In this document: positions 39,175-48,610 of the stretch, in pieces
How positions within the stretch are numbered: the first letter of the stretch is position 1
Layout: every line of letters begins with the position of its first letter
Assembly: GCA_041650995.1 (NCBI GenBank)
Contig: JBAZJZ010000002.1
Coordinates: 13,344-77,343, forward strand
Direction: 5' to 3'
DNA: 64,000 nt
Origin: Patescibacteria group bacterium
GTDB lineage: Bacteria; Patescibacteriota; Patescibacteriia; XYB2-FULL-38-15
The notes under the pieces: generated by a model
Seen by the model: only the letters and a program-made list of their open reading frames with translations
Told to the model about the DNA's origin: nothing
The model's database searches: none
Translations under genes and position numbers: made by a program

Positions 39175-40704
39175 ATGAAGGAGAAAATCGGAAAGTTCAT
39201 GGGATTCTTTTTGACCGTCTTCGTGGCGGCCACGATGTTCGCCTACGCCGCGTGCGGTGATGATGACGAGACGGCCAGGATCTGCGACCCCGGCTCGACG
39301 CAGGATTGCTCCTGCGGCGGCGGACGGACCGGTTACCAGATTTGCGATTACACCGGTCTCGCCTGGGGCACCTGCGAGTGTGACTGCGTCCCCAACTGCA
39401 CCGGCCGCGAATGTGGCTCGGATGGTTGCGGTGGCTCGTGCGGATCGTGTTCGGGTTCCGAGATATGTACTCCTGGCGGGGTCTGCGATACGACTGCGCC
39501 GAACTGTCCGGCAGATCGCGATTGCACCGGCCGTGAGTGCGGACCTGATCCGGTCTGCGGTACTTCCTGCGGCACGTGCTCGGGATCCGAGACGTGCAAT
39601 GCGTCGGGTAGATGCGATTGCACCCCCAACTGCTCCGGCCGTGAATGCGGCTCGGATGGCTGCGGAGGTTCTTGCGGTTCGTGCTCGGGATCCGAGACGT
39701 GCAATGCGTCGGGTACGTGTGTCCCAGGCACGGATCCGTGTTCATCGAGCTCCTCATGTTCGGCGTGTACGCCGCGAGGTGGATGCGGCTGGTGCCAGTC
39801 GACGGGAGTTTGCGTTTCGGGTATTAGTTCCGGACCAACAAGCGGAACCTGCGGTGACTGGCGTTGGACCCCAGGCGACTGTTGCACCCCCAACTGCTCC
39901 GGCCGTGAATGCGGCTCGGATGGCTGCGGAGGTTCTTGCGGTTCGTGCTCGGGATCCGAGACGTGCAATTCTTCAGGAAGGTGTGAATCCACGGTGTCCT
40001 GCGGAAACGGGCGTTGCGATTCGGGCGAAACGTGCGCTACGTGTCCGGCCGACTGCGGCGCTGGCGACGGATGTCTCCCTGGTTCTTCAGGGCCGTGTTC
40101 TAACTCGTGTGGAGCAGGCACGCGTATCTGCGACTCCAGTTGCCGGTGGGGAACTTGCGTTGTTTCTTCTGGCAGCGCCACGGTCCGGGTCACAGACGCA
40201 ACTTGGGTTTACCAGGCGTACCCGACAGTGAACAACTGCCACTCAGCTGTCCTATGGGTCGGCGTGAATCCAACGGACTTCCGGTATTACTACTCGTTCT
40301 TTGCACTCAATACGAGTGATCTTGACGCAATTCCGTCAGGCGCGGTCGCGACCATCACGAGCGCGAATTTACGGTTGCGCGTCCGGGATCGTCTAGGAGC
40401 AGCGCCAACGCTTGGTGTCTATCAAGTTACGTCTTCCTATTCGTGTGCGGCGACCACATACCGCAGCATGCCGTCGTTTTCTCTACCTGCATATGCTACG
40501 TGGCTTGCCAACCAGTCATCTGGGTCGTGGGTTTCGGTGCCTATTGTGGGATTCATTGAGTACGTGCGTTCAGCTGCTGTTGTCAATCCGACCTTGGCGT
40601 TGGGGATAGGCACCGGCGACATCGGGGTCGTCGAGTACATTGCTCCCGGCGGTGGCGGTACAGTTGATGACCCGACGATTACTGTGACATGGACGTGCCC
40701 ATAG
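39175..40704 (+). CDS. GC-rich Cys-rich repeat lipoprotein (myxobacterial style) with PSI-like and C-terminal DNRLRE/CBM96-like domain
   Basis: SD GAGGAG; AYAACGDDD; CTPNCSGRECGSDGCGGSCGSC repeats; CGWCQSTGVC; ATITSANLRL. Confidence 0.8.
   Translation: MKEKIGKFMGFFLTVFVAATMFAYAACGDDDETARICDPGSTQDCSCGGGRTGYQICDYTGLAWGTCECDCVPNCTGRECGSDGCGGSCGSCSGSEICTPGGVCDTTAPNCPADRDCTGRECGPDPVCGTSCGTCSGSETCNASGRCDCTPNCSGRECGSDGCGGSCGSCSGSETCNASGTCVPGTDPCSSSSSCSACTPRGGCGWCQSTGVCVSGISSGPTSGTCGDWRWTPGDCCTPNCSGRECGSDGCGGSCGSCSGSETCNSSGRCESTVSCGNGRCDSGETCATCPADCGAGDGCLPGSSGPCSNSCGAGTRICDSSCRWGTCVVSSGSATVRVTDATWVYQAYPTVNNCHSAVLWVGVNPTDFRYYYSFFALNTSDLDAIPSGAVATITSANLRLRVRDRLGAAPTLGVYQVTSSYSCAATTYRSMPSFSLPAYATWLANQSSGSWVSVPIVGFIEYVRSAAVVNPTLALGIGTGDIGVVEYIAPGGGGTVDDPTITVTWTCP
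39618..39969 (+). repeat. 88-bp exact intragenic duplication (39618-39705 = 39882-39969)
   Basis: Identical DNA for CTPNCSGRECGSDGCGGSCGSCSGSETCN. Confidence 0.85.
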
Positions 40705-40793
40705 TTGCGGCTCAGTTCGAATAGTGCCTCGCGCGCACAAGAACACCGCAGCGTTAATTTCCGCGCTTGTCCGTGACGCAGACACGCATCGTT

Positions 40794-40854
40794 GAACCGG
40801 CATCTGGCAGAAATCGTGAAGAACGATTCTCTGCCAGATGCCGGTCTTTTTATT
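40794..40854 (+). repeat. 61-bp hairpin/terminator element, copy 3
   Basis: Perfect 16-bp outer stem accggcatctggcaga/tctgccagatgccggt. Confidence 0.9.
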
Positions 40855-40975
40855 TAATTTTTTTATCTTACTGTGGATGAAATTTTTTTATAATCAGTTT
40901 TTGTGCTATAATTAACTAATTAATTTAAACGCTTATTCTCGAAAGTGAGTCTTTTGGGAAAAGTAAAATCTAACT

Positions 40976-43327
40976 ATGAACACAATTGCTAACATTTGTG
41001 ACAAATTGGTTAAAATTTGTCTGTCCCTTTTGGTTTTTGTTTTACCGGTTTTTTTTCTGCCGTGGACTTTTGAAGCTCTGGATTTTAACAAACAAAATTT
41101 ACTGGTTATTGTGACGCTTTTGGCAGGGCTTGCCTGGCTTGGAAAAATGGTTGCTTCAAGGCAAGTTATTTTGCGCCGCAGTTTTTTGAATGTTCTTGTT
41201 TTATTGTACGTGGCGATTTACACCCTCGCGACGATTTTTTCCTTGGATAAAATCAGGAGTTTTGTCGGAGCTTCGGGATTGGAAAAAGAAGGGCTCGTAA
41301 CGGTTCTTTGTTTTGTTATTTTATATTTTGTCATCATCAACAATTTTCGCGACATGAAGGCAGTAAAGAATTTACTTTACTCGTACCTTTTGGGCGCGGG
41401 GGTTGTGACCGTCTGGACAGCGTTTGTTTTTTTAGGAGTATTACCTGCCACGCTCGTCCCCAGCCAAGCTCTAAATTCAGTTGGAACCTTGAACGGTTTG
41501 GGAATTTTTTTGGGAGCCGCGTTCGTTTTGCTTTGCCCATTATTTTTAGGGGATGGGGCAGAAAAGGGTAAGGCCAGTAAAAAGAATTTAGTTATGAGAA
41601 TTGTGATGGCTGTTGTCGCCGCGCTTATGCTTTTTCTTCTGGCGACGATTGATAATTGGATAGTTTGGGCGATTTTTGTTCCGGCTATTGCTTTTGTTTT
41701 GGCTTTCGCAATAATTAGGGCTCATGAAATTAAAAATTTAGGGTGGTTGGCTCTGCCCATGGCAGCTTTTGTCGTTGCAGTCTTATTATTTTTTATTAAT
41801 ACGCCAATTGTTTCGCGATTGCCGGCGGAAATTATGCCGTCTTTTTCCGCGTCAAGCGGGATTGCCAGGCAATCTTTGCAAGAAGCGCCACTTTTGGGTT
41901 CTGGGCCAAGTACGTTTGTTTTTGATTATGCGAAATATAAGCCAGCCGGCGTAAATGAGACACAACTTTGGGATGTTAAGTTTGATCGCTCTGCTTCAAG
42001 GGTTTTAACCATGCTTACAACTACTGGGCTTTTTGGAATTATTTCGTGGTTATTTGTGGCGGTGTTTTTGGCCGTTTTACTTGTTTCAAATTTAATCAAA
42101 GAAAAATCTGGAGCACTATGGCTGAATCAGTTGGCAGTTGGCGCGGCTTGGCTTGCCTTACTTCTCGGTAAATTTCTTTATTCTTCCAATTTAACTTTGG
42201 AATTTTCCTTTTGGATTTTAACGGCAATTTTGGTAGTTATAACTTCACATAAATTTTGGGAGATTTCTTTGGGCAGCGCCCCGCGCGTTTCCCTGATTTT
42301 GTCTTTTCTTCTGGCAATAGGTTTGATTTTGACTGTTTCGTCTTTTTATCTCGTGGGCGAGCGTTACGCAGCTGATGCGAAATTTATGCAGGCTTTGGAC
42401 TCCTTTAATAAAGGAGAGGATTTGAGCAAGGCAACAGGGCTTTTGGATCAAGCTGTGTCTTTAAACCAACGCAACGACATTTATCTTAGAAATTTGGCGC
42501 AAAGTTTGCAGGCGCAAATTAATCAAGAGCTAGCGGCTACGCCGACCGAAGAGGGCGCTAAAAAAATCCAAGAACTTATCGCGGCGGACATTAATGTGGC
42601 AAAGCGCGCGACAGAAATTTCTCCGAAAAATTCAACTAACTGGGCAACACTGGCGTCAATTTACCAGACAATTATGTCGATAATTCCGGGAGCTGACGAA
42701 TGGGCTGTAAGTTCTTGGCAGAAAGCGATTGAATTTGAGCCGGCAAATCCGTATCTTTATACAGAATTAGGAAAAACCTACGCGGCAATGGCTGATTTGC
42801 TTGCTCCAAATCTTCAGTCAAAAGATGATAAAGTAAAAGCTGAGGCAGAAACAAAAGTTAAAGAAAATTTAGACAAAGCCGAGGAACAACTTAACAAAGC
42901 TATCACGACTAAAGCAGATTATGCGCCAGCTCATTTTGAATTGGCGTTAGTTTATAGCCGACAAGGAAAAGTCAATGAGGCGATTAGTAAATTAGAAGAA
43001 ATTAAGGCCGATTTGCCAAATGATATTGGGGTGGCCTTCCAGCTCGGTTTGCTTTACGCGCAAAATAAAGAATTAGACAAGGCTGTTGCCGAATTGGAAC
43101 GAGTAGTTGGGCTCGCGCCGAGCTTTGCTAACGCCCGTTGGTATCTCGCGGCGATTTACGAAGAGCAAGGTAAAAAAGATTTAGCGCTTGGCGAACTGGA
43201 AGAAATTTTAAAGACCAACCCTGACAATGAAATTGTTAAACAGAAAATTGATTCTTTAAAAAACCCGTCCACTGGAGAGCCAGCGGTTTTACCGACCCCA
43301 ATTCCTGAAACGGTTCCAGCGCAGTAA
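40976..43327 (+). CDS. Multi-TM O-antigen ligase/oligosaccharyltransferase-like protein with C-terminal TPR repeats
   Basis: About 12 TM; PLLGSGPSTF; TTGLFG; TPR motifs (AHFELALVY, ARWYLAAIY). Confidence 0.78.
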   Translation: MNTIANICDKLVKICLSLLVFVLPVFFLPWTFEALDFNKQNLLVIVTLLAGLAWLGKMVASRQVILRRSFLNVLVLLYVAIYTLATIFSLDKIRSFVGASGLEKEGLVTVLCFVILYFVIINNFRDMKAVKNLLYSYLLGAGVVTVWTAFVFLGVLPATLVPSQALNSVGTLNGLGIFLGAAFVLLCPLFLGDGAEKGKASKKNLVMRIVMAVVAALMLFLLATIDNWIVWAIFVPAIAFVLAFAIIRAHEIKNLGWLALPMAAFVVAVLLFFINTPIVSRLPAEIMPSFSASSGIARQSLQEAPLLGSGPSTFVFDYAKYKPAGVNETQLWDVKFDRSASRVLTMLTTTGLFGIISWLFVAVFLAVLLVSNLIKEKSGALWLNQLAVGAAWLALLLGKFLYSSNLTLEFSFWILTAILVVITSHKFWEISLGSAPRVSLILSFLLAIGLILTVSSFYLVGERYAADAKFMQALDSFNKGEDLSKATGLLDQAVSLNQRNDIYLRNLAQSLQAQINQELAATPTEEGAKKIQELIAADINVAKRATEISPKNSTNWATLASIYQTIMSIIPGADEWAVSSWQKAIEFEPANPYLYTELGKTYAAMADLLAPNLQSKDDKVKAEAETKVKENLDKAEEQLNKAITTKADYAPAHFELALVYSRQGKVNEAISKLEEIKADLPNDIGVAFQLGLLYAQNKELDKAVAELERVVGLAPSFANARWYLAAIYEEQGKKDLALGELEEILKTNPDNEIVKQKIDSLKNPSTGEPAVLPTPIPETVPAQ

Positions 43328-43500
43328 AATTGGTTGACCACGTACAAAGTAAAGGTGAATCAATATGTGTTCAGTAAACAATGAAGGTAAATATAGTTTT
43401 TGCTCTGCCGGGCGCAAAGAAACCTAAACTTTGTATCGTAGTTGACAAAATTATAAATTGTTGTAACCTTAAAAAATCTCCCGCCTGGATTTATGGTTTT

Positions 43501-43574
43501 GGGCCTATAGTATAGTAGTAAAACGCCTCCATGGCATGGAGGAGTCGAGGGTGCGATTCCCTCTAGGTCCACCA
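43501..43574 (+). tRNA. tRNA-Ala(GGC)
   Basis: cctcc-atGGCat-ggagg; G3:U70; encoded CCA; atypical D/T loops. Confidence 0.88.
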
Positions 43575-43629
43575 AAAATTCCGGCGGGAGATTTTAGTTG
43601 ATTTTTATTTTAAATAAAAAATAAAGAGT

Positions 43630-44724
43630 ATGTCTTTTAAAGTGGGAATTGTTGGTCTGCCAAACGTGGGGAAGTCAACCCTTTTTAAAGCGTTGACTCG
43701 AAAACAAGTAGACATCGCCAATTATCCTTTTTGCACTATTGAACCAAATGTGGGGACGGTTGCCGTGCCCGATTTCCGTTTACAAAAATTAAATGATTTT
43801 TATAATTCGGCGAAAATTGTTCCGACCGTGATTGAATTTGTAGACATTGCCGGTCTTGTGAAAGGCGCCCACGAAGGTCAGGGTTTGGGCAATAAATTTT
43901 TGTCGCATATTAGGGAAGTAGACGCTATCTGCCAGGTGATTCGGGCTTTTGAAGATCCTAATGTCATTCATGTAGATGGAAAAATTAATCCCATTTCTGA
44001 TTTAGAAGTTATAAATTTGGAATTAATTTTTGCCGATCAAGATACAGTTAAAAAAAGACTCACGAGTTTGGCTGGCGAACTTAAGGGTGGCAAAGAAAAA
44101 ATACTTCTTAAGACCAATGAAACACTTTTAAAAATTAGCGATGCTTTGGAAAAGGGAATAATGGCTGCAGCACTTGGCCTTGACGAGGAGGAAAAATTTT
44201 TGGTTAAAGAATTGAATTTATTATCTTTAAAGCCGACGTTTTACGCCTTAAACGTGGCAGAAGCTGATATAAAAGCCGATAAAAAAGAAATTTTGAAAAA
44301 GTTTAATTTGCCACTTGATCCGGAAAAAGTAATTTTAGTTTCGGCAAAAATTGAGTCGGAATTAGCAGAACTTCCGCCAGAAGAGGCAAAAAATTATTTG
44401 AAAGAGTTGGGTCTGGAAGAATCCGGTTTGGACAAATTGATCAGGGCGAGTTATTATGAACTCAATTTGATCACCTTTTTTACGGCCGGACCAAAAGAAG
44501 CACATGCCTGGACAATAGCCCGAGGAACTCTGGCGCCACAGGCTGCCGGTAAAATTCATACTGATTTTGAACGCGGGTTTATCGCGGCTGAAGTTATAAA
44601 TTGGAAAGATTTGTTAGATTCCGGCGGAGACGTTGGGGCGAAAGAGAAGGGATTAATTCGGCTGGAAGGAAAAGAATACGTGATGCAAGACGGCGATACG
44701 GTAGAATTTAGATTTAATGTGTAA
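43630..44724 (+). CDS. ychF: Redox-regulated ATPase YchF
   Basis: GIVGLPNVGKST, NYPFCTIEPN, DIAGLVKGAHEGQGLGNKFL, TGS domain. Confidence 0.97.
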   Translation: MSFKVGIVGLPNVGKSTLFKALTRKQVDIANYPFCTIEPNVGTVAVPDFRLQKLNDFYNSAKIVPTVIEFVDIAGLVKGAHEGQGLGNKFLSHIREVDAICQVIRAFEDPNVIHVDGKINPISDLEVINLELIFADQDTVKKRLTSLAGELKGGKEKILLKTNETLLKISDALEKGIMAAALGLDEEEKFLVKELNLLSLKPTFYALNVAEADIKADKKEILKKFNLPLDPEKVILVSAKIESELAELPPEEAKNYLKELGLEESGLDKLIRASYYELNLITFFTAGPKEAHAWTIARGTLAPQAAGKIHTDFERGFIAAEVINWKDLLDSGGDVGAKEKGLIRLEGKEYVMQDGDTVEFRFNV

Positions 44725-44767
44725 TAAAAAAATCCTTGCCATTTTGCGAGGATTTTTAAATTTTTAT

Positions 44768-45994
44768 TTAAAGAGAAAAAATAAAAATTTCCCGCCAGAC
44801 GAATTGGTCGGGCCGGGAGTAGAGAATAGAATTACGCGGCGTAATTTCTAAAAATGGATATTTTTTAAAATCTTTTGGTAGAAGGTCGGTCGCAGAAAAG
44901 CCGATTTTTTTTATTTCGTCCAGAATCGGTAAAAATAAATCTTGTTTTTCTGTATGAAAAACAGGGAAGAGAATTGCAATTCGGCCGTCGGATTTTATAA
45001 TTTTTTTAAATTCTCGGAAAGCGGCAAGATAAAGGTCGGAAAGTTCTCTGATAATTTGTTGGATTTTTTCTTGAGGTTCGTCGCCATGGAGAGGTGGACC
45101 AAGGTATGGTTCAGTGATAATCGCATCGATTGATTGCGAGGGAAATTTTTTTGAAATTTCCTTGGCGTCAGCTTCTAATAATTTATAATTTTTTGTTTCC
45201 AGGTTATAATTTTTTTTCAACCATTCTAAGTTTTCTTTTGCTCCGGATAAAGTTTCGGGGTTAATATCCGTGCCAATTAAATTTTCGTAGCCCCAAAGCA
45301 GCGCTTCTTCCAAAATTGTGGCAAAGCCGCAGAACGGATCTAAAAGAGCAGAGTGTTTGTCTATTCGCGCTAAATTAAGCATAATTTTAGCAAGTTTCGG
45401 CGGCATTAATCCGACTCGCATGCTTCGGGCGGGTCTGCCATAATCGCGGAAACTCAGATCTTCAAATTCTTGGACTGCCAAAGTTTTACCGAGATAATTT
45501 TTTTCTTTGCCAATCAAAAAAACTAATTCGGCGCCGGCCTCGGTCAGCAATTTATTTTTCTTTACTACGACTGAACTTAAATTTTTTTCTTTTGAAGTTA
45601 CCCACCTAGCCTGGATTTTCGCCTCCTTGAGCAGGTTTTTTATTTCCATGGCTAGATTTTTTATTTTTTGAGTTCCCTTGTTTAAGCGCGCGACAGAAAC
45701 ATCTTCATCTAATTTATAAAAACTAAAGCCAAAATAAATTTTTTTAGCCGAAGAATTTTTCAAAATTTCAGCGATGTCTTCGGCCGCGAATTCGTCCGGC
45801 ATTTCAAGGATTTCCCCAAATTTAACCGTACCCCCGAGGCGCGGCATGATTTCATTAGCAGAAAGTTCACCTTCAATATCGGCTACAATGGCTTCGTTTG
45901 AAAGGTGGTTAAAAATAGCTTGTTCGTCCAAAACGGCGGCTAGCTCCGCGCTTGACAAAGTTGGATTTCTGCCTAAAATAAAGAAGTATTTCAT
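44768..45994 (-). CDS. Trm11/TrmG10-like SAM-dependent RNA methyltransferase
   Basis: MPPKLAKIMLN, LLDPFCGFATI, GTDI, DAIITEPYLGP. Confidence 0.8.
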   Translation of the reverse strand: MKYFFILGRNPTLSSAELAAVLDEQAIFNHLSNEAIVADIEGELSANEIMPRLGGTVKFGEILEMPDEFAAEDIAEILKNSSAKKIYFGFSFYKLDEDVSVARLNKGTQKIKNLAMEIKNLLKEAKIQARWVTSKEKNLSSVVVKKNKLLTEAGAELVFLIGKEKNYLGKTLAVQEFEDLSFRDYGRPARSMRVGLMPPKLAKIMLNLARIDKHSALLDPFCGFATILEEALLWGYENLIGTDINPETLSGAKENLEWLKKNYNLETKNYKLLEADAKEISKKFPSQSIDAIITEPYLGPPLHGDEPQEKIQQIIRELSDLYLAAFREFKKIIKSDGRIAILFPVFHTEKQDLFLPILDEIKKIGFSATDLLPKDFKKYPFLEITPRNSILYSRPDQFVWREIFIFSL

Positions 45995-46286
45995 ATTTTT
46001 TAAGTTTTACGAGTATCGGCTGGATTTTGGTTTATTATATCACATCTTGCCTCATTAGAAATTCTTGGCAAAATTTTTTATAAAATTTTTGTTTCAATGT
46101 GTCCACGAAACAAGCCATAAAATATTTTCTTAAAATAGGCATTTTAAAATAAAAATAAATTTTTAACGGGGCTTGCGTAAATTTTAGCCCTGTGCTAAAC
46201 TTTTAGAAACTTTATTATCCAGCGAGTGCGATCCCGCAGTACTGCGGGACGACGAGCGCAGGTAAATACCTTATTTAAACAGTTTT

Positions 46287-46727
46287 ATGAAACATTACGA
46301 ATTATTGTTCATCATTCCTGGAAAATATACCGAGGAAGAGATGGAAGCTATCAGCGGAAAAATCAATGAAACAGTTAAAAAATACGGAGGGGAAATAACC
46401 TCAACCGATAATTTGGGTTCCAAAAAATTGGCCTACCCGATTGCCGATGTCCAGGTTGGGAACTATCTTGTGATTGAGTTTAACAGCGAAGCAGAAAAAA
46501 TCAAGGAGCTTGAGGGTGAATTAAAGTTAACCCAAGAAGTTTTAAGGTTTAGCATCACTTTGAAAAAACTTAAAACCCAAGAAGATATAGAGGCGGAAAA
46601 AATCAGAAAAGAAAAAATGGTTCAAAAGCAGAAGGCGGAAGAAGTAAAGGCAGAGCCTGCGCCAAAAGTTAGTCTTGAGGAATTAGATAAAAAACTTGGG
46701 GAAATTCTTGAAGGCGACATTATCTAA
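46287..46727 (+). CDS. rpsF: 30S ribosomal protein S6
   Basis: MKHYELLFII...LGSKKLAYPI; rpsF-ssb-rpsR synteny. Confidence 0.95.
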   Translation: MKHYELLFIIPGKYTEEEMEAISGKINETVKKYGGEITSTDNLGSKKLAYPIADVQVGNYLVIEFNSEAEKIKELEGELKLTQEVLRFSITLKKLKTQEDIEAEKIRKEKMVQKQKAEEVKAEPAPKVSLEELDKKLGEILEGDII

Positions 46728-46750
46728 AATAATACATAATTAGAAAAAGT

Positions 46751-47191
46751 ATGAATTTAAATAAAGCAATGATCATTGGAAATCTGACCCGCGATCCGGA
46801 AGTAAAAACAACTCCCTCGGGACAAAATGTGGCGTCTTTTTCCGTGGCGACGAACCGTGTTTGGACAAATGCTCAAGGACAAAAACAAGAAGCGGTGGAA
46901 TACCACAATATCGTCGCTTGGGGAAAATTGGCAGAAATTTGCGGCCAGTATTTGAATAAAGGTAAAAAAATTTATATTGAAGGGCGGCTTCAGACAAGAG
47001 ATTGGCAAGGGCAAGACGGAGTAAAAAGATATAAAACAGAAATTGTCGCGGAGAACATGATTATGCTAGACCGTGGCGGCTCGTCTGGTGGCCAGGGATC
47101 AGCGCCAGCAGTAAGTCAGTCCATGGAAGAACAGGGTCCAGCCGAAGAGCCGCAAGAAGAAGAAATTAAAGTTGAAAATATTCCTTTTTAA
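46751..47191 (+). CDS. ssb: Single-stranded DNA-binding protein
   Basis: LNKAMIIGNLTRDPE...IEGRLQTR...IPF. Confidence 0.97.
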   Translation: MNLNKAMIIGNLTRDPEVKTTPSGQNVASFSVATNRVWTNAQGQKQEAVEYHNIVAWGKLAEICGQYLNKGKKIYIEGRLQTRDWQGQDGVKRYKTEIVAENMIMLDRGGSSGGQGSAPAVSQSMEEQGPAEEPQEEEIKVENIPF

Positions 47192-47210
47192 ACAGATCTT
47201 TAATTAAACT

Positions 47211-47450
47211 ATGATGAGACAACAAAGTGCAAGCACAACAATCGCCGGACGAAAGACCTGCCATTTCTGCGCTAATAATGTTAAGGAGATTGATTTTAAA
47301 GACGAGCCAACTCTTAGAAAGTTTATATCGTCTTACGGTAAAATTGTTCCGCGTCGAAAAAGCGGCGTTTGTTCCAAGCATCAACGCAAGTTGGCGTTGG
47401 CGATAAAACGGGCAAGAATCCTGGGGATTTTACCTTTCACGAACAAGTAA
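47211..47450 (+). CDS. rpsR: 30S ribosomal protein S18 (zinc-binding type)
   Basis: CHFC...IDFKD...GKIVPRR.SGVCSKHQR. Confidence 0.95.
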   Translation: MMRQQSASTTIAGRKTCHFCANNVKEIDFKDEPTLRKFISSYGKIVPRRKSGVCSKHQRKLALAIKRARILGILPFTNK

Positions 47451-47523
47451 ATATGGCGAAGTGATAAAATCCACTCTTTGAAACCAGAGTGGATTTTGTA
47501 ATGATAAGAGGAAGTATCAATTT

Positions 47524-48585
47524 ATGACGCCTAATTGGACGATTTTAAAAAAAGAGAAAGAGAGACAAAAAAAGTTTTTTTTGAGGGCAAAAATTATTTT
47601 ATTGATTAGGGATTTTTTTTCTAGGGAAAATTTTTTAGAAGTAGAAACGCCAAGTCTTGTAAAACTTCCGGGGATGGAACCATCTCTTGACCCCGTTAAG
47701 GTAACCCTTTCGATTTTAGGCGGAAGGCGCGAGACATATCTTATAACTTCTCCTGAGTACGCGATGAAGAAAATTTTAGCGGCCGGATTTCCGAAAATTT
47801 TTCAGATCTGTAAAAGTTTTCGCGGGGGAGAGGCCATGGACGATTTACATAATCCCGAGTTCACTATCTTGGAATGGTACAGGACGCACGCAGACTATAA
47901 GGATATTATGGACGATGTAGAGAAAATGATAATGTTTGTTGGCGCTAATCTGAAAAATAAAAAACGCGTAACTATCCCCAAAAAAAATAAAAGTTTAAAA
48001 ATAAAATACCAGGGGAAAATAATTGATTTAACGCCGCCGTGGCCGAGACTGACTGTCAGGGAAGTATTTTCTAAATATGCCGAGATTGATTTAGATAAAG
48101 TGCTAGAAAGAGATCAAATAGAGCGCGCGGCCGTAAAGAAGGGTTATGTTATTTCAAAAAACGATAGTTTTGACGATATTTTCTTTAAAATATTTTTAAA
48201 CGAGATTGAGCCTTATCTGGGCCAAGGAAAACCAACAATCCTTTATGATTGGCCAGCCCAGATGGCGGCGCTTTCGCGTCAGAAAAAAATCGATCCACGC
48301 TATGCTGAAAGGTTTGAAGTTTATATTGGTGGTTTGGAGCTAGGAAACGCCTTTTCAGAATTAGTTGATCCGGACGAACAAAGAAGGCGGCTTGTCGGGG
48401 AAAGAAATTTGAGAAAGGCGCTGGGAAAAGAAATTTATGATATTGATGAGGATTTTTTGAAAGCCCTTCGTGAAATTCCGCCGTCTGGGGGTATTGCCAT
48501 GGGGGTAGACAGGATTGCGATGCTCTTCGCGGACGCTAAAAGTCTTGATGAAGTTATTTTTTTTCCAGCCAAACAAAATTTATAA
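47524..48585 (+). CDS. epmA: EF-P lysine aminoacylase (EpmA/GenX)
   Basis: LysRS catalytic domain only: TSPEYAMKK, HNPEFTILEWY, ERFEVY..GLELGNAFSEL; adjacent to efp. Confidence 0.9.
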   Translation: MTPNWTILKKEKERQKKFFLRAKIILLIRDFFSRENFLEVETPSLVKLPGMEPSLDPVKVTLSILGGRRETYLITSPEYAMKKILAAGFPKIFQICKSFRGGEAMDDLHNPEFTILEWYRTHADYKDIMDDVEKMIMFVGANLKNKKRVTIPKKNKSLKIKYQGKIIDLTPPWPRLTVREVFSKYAEIDLDKVLERDQIERAAVKKGYVISKNDSFDDIFFKIFLNEIEPYLGQGKPTILYDWPAQMAALSRQKKIDPRYAERFEVYIGGLELGNAFSELVDPDEQRRRLVGERNLRKALGKEIYDIDEDFLKALREIPPSGGIAMGVDRIAMLFADAKSLDEVIFFPAKQNL

Positions 48586-48610
48586 AATTTAAGATTATAA
48601 TCCTAAATTT

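Noticed and set aside
39197-40231. Long alternative-frame ORFs (324, 281, 186 aa), and similarly 37380-38099
   Set aside because: Shadow ORFs from GC-rich repetitive coding; Arg/Pro/Ala-biased with no starts supported.
38090-40854. 61-bp repeats as a CRISPR array or classical attC
   Set aside because: Spacers are whole genes of 0.85-1.7 kb; no cas or intI seen; no clear RYYYAAC/GTTRRRY boxes.
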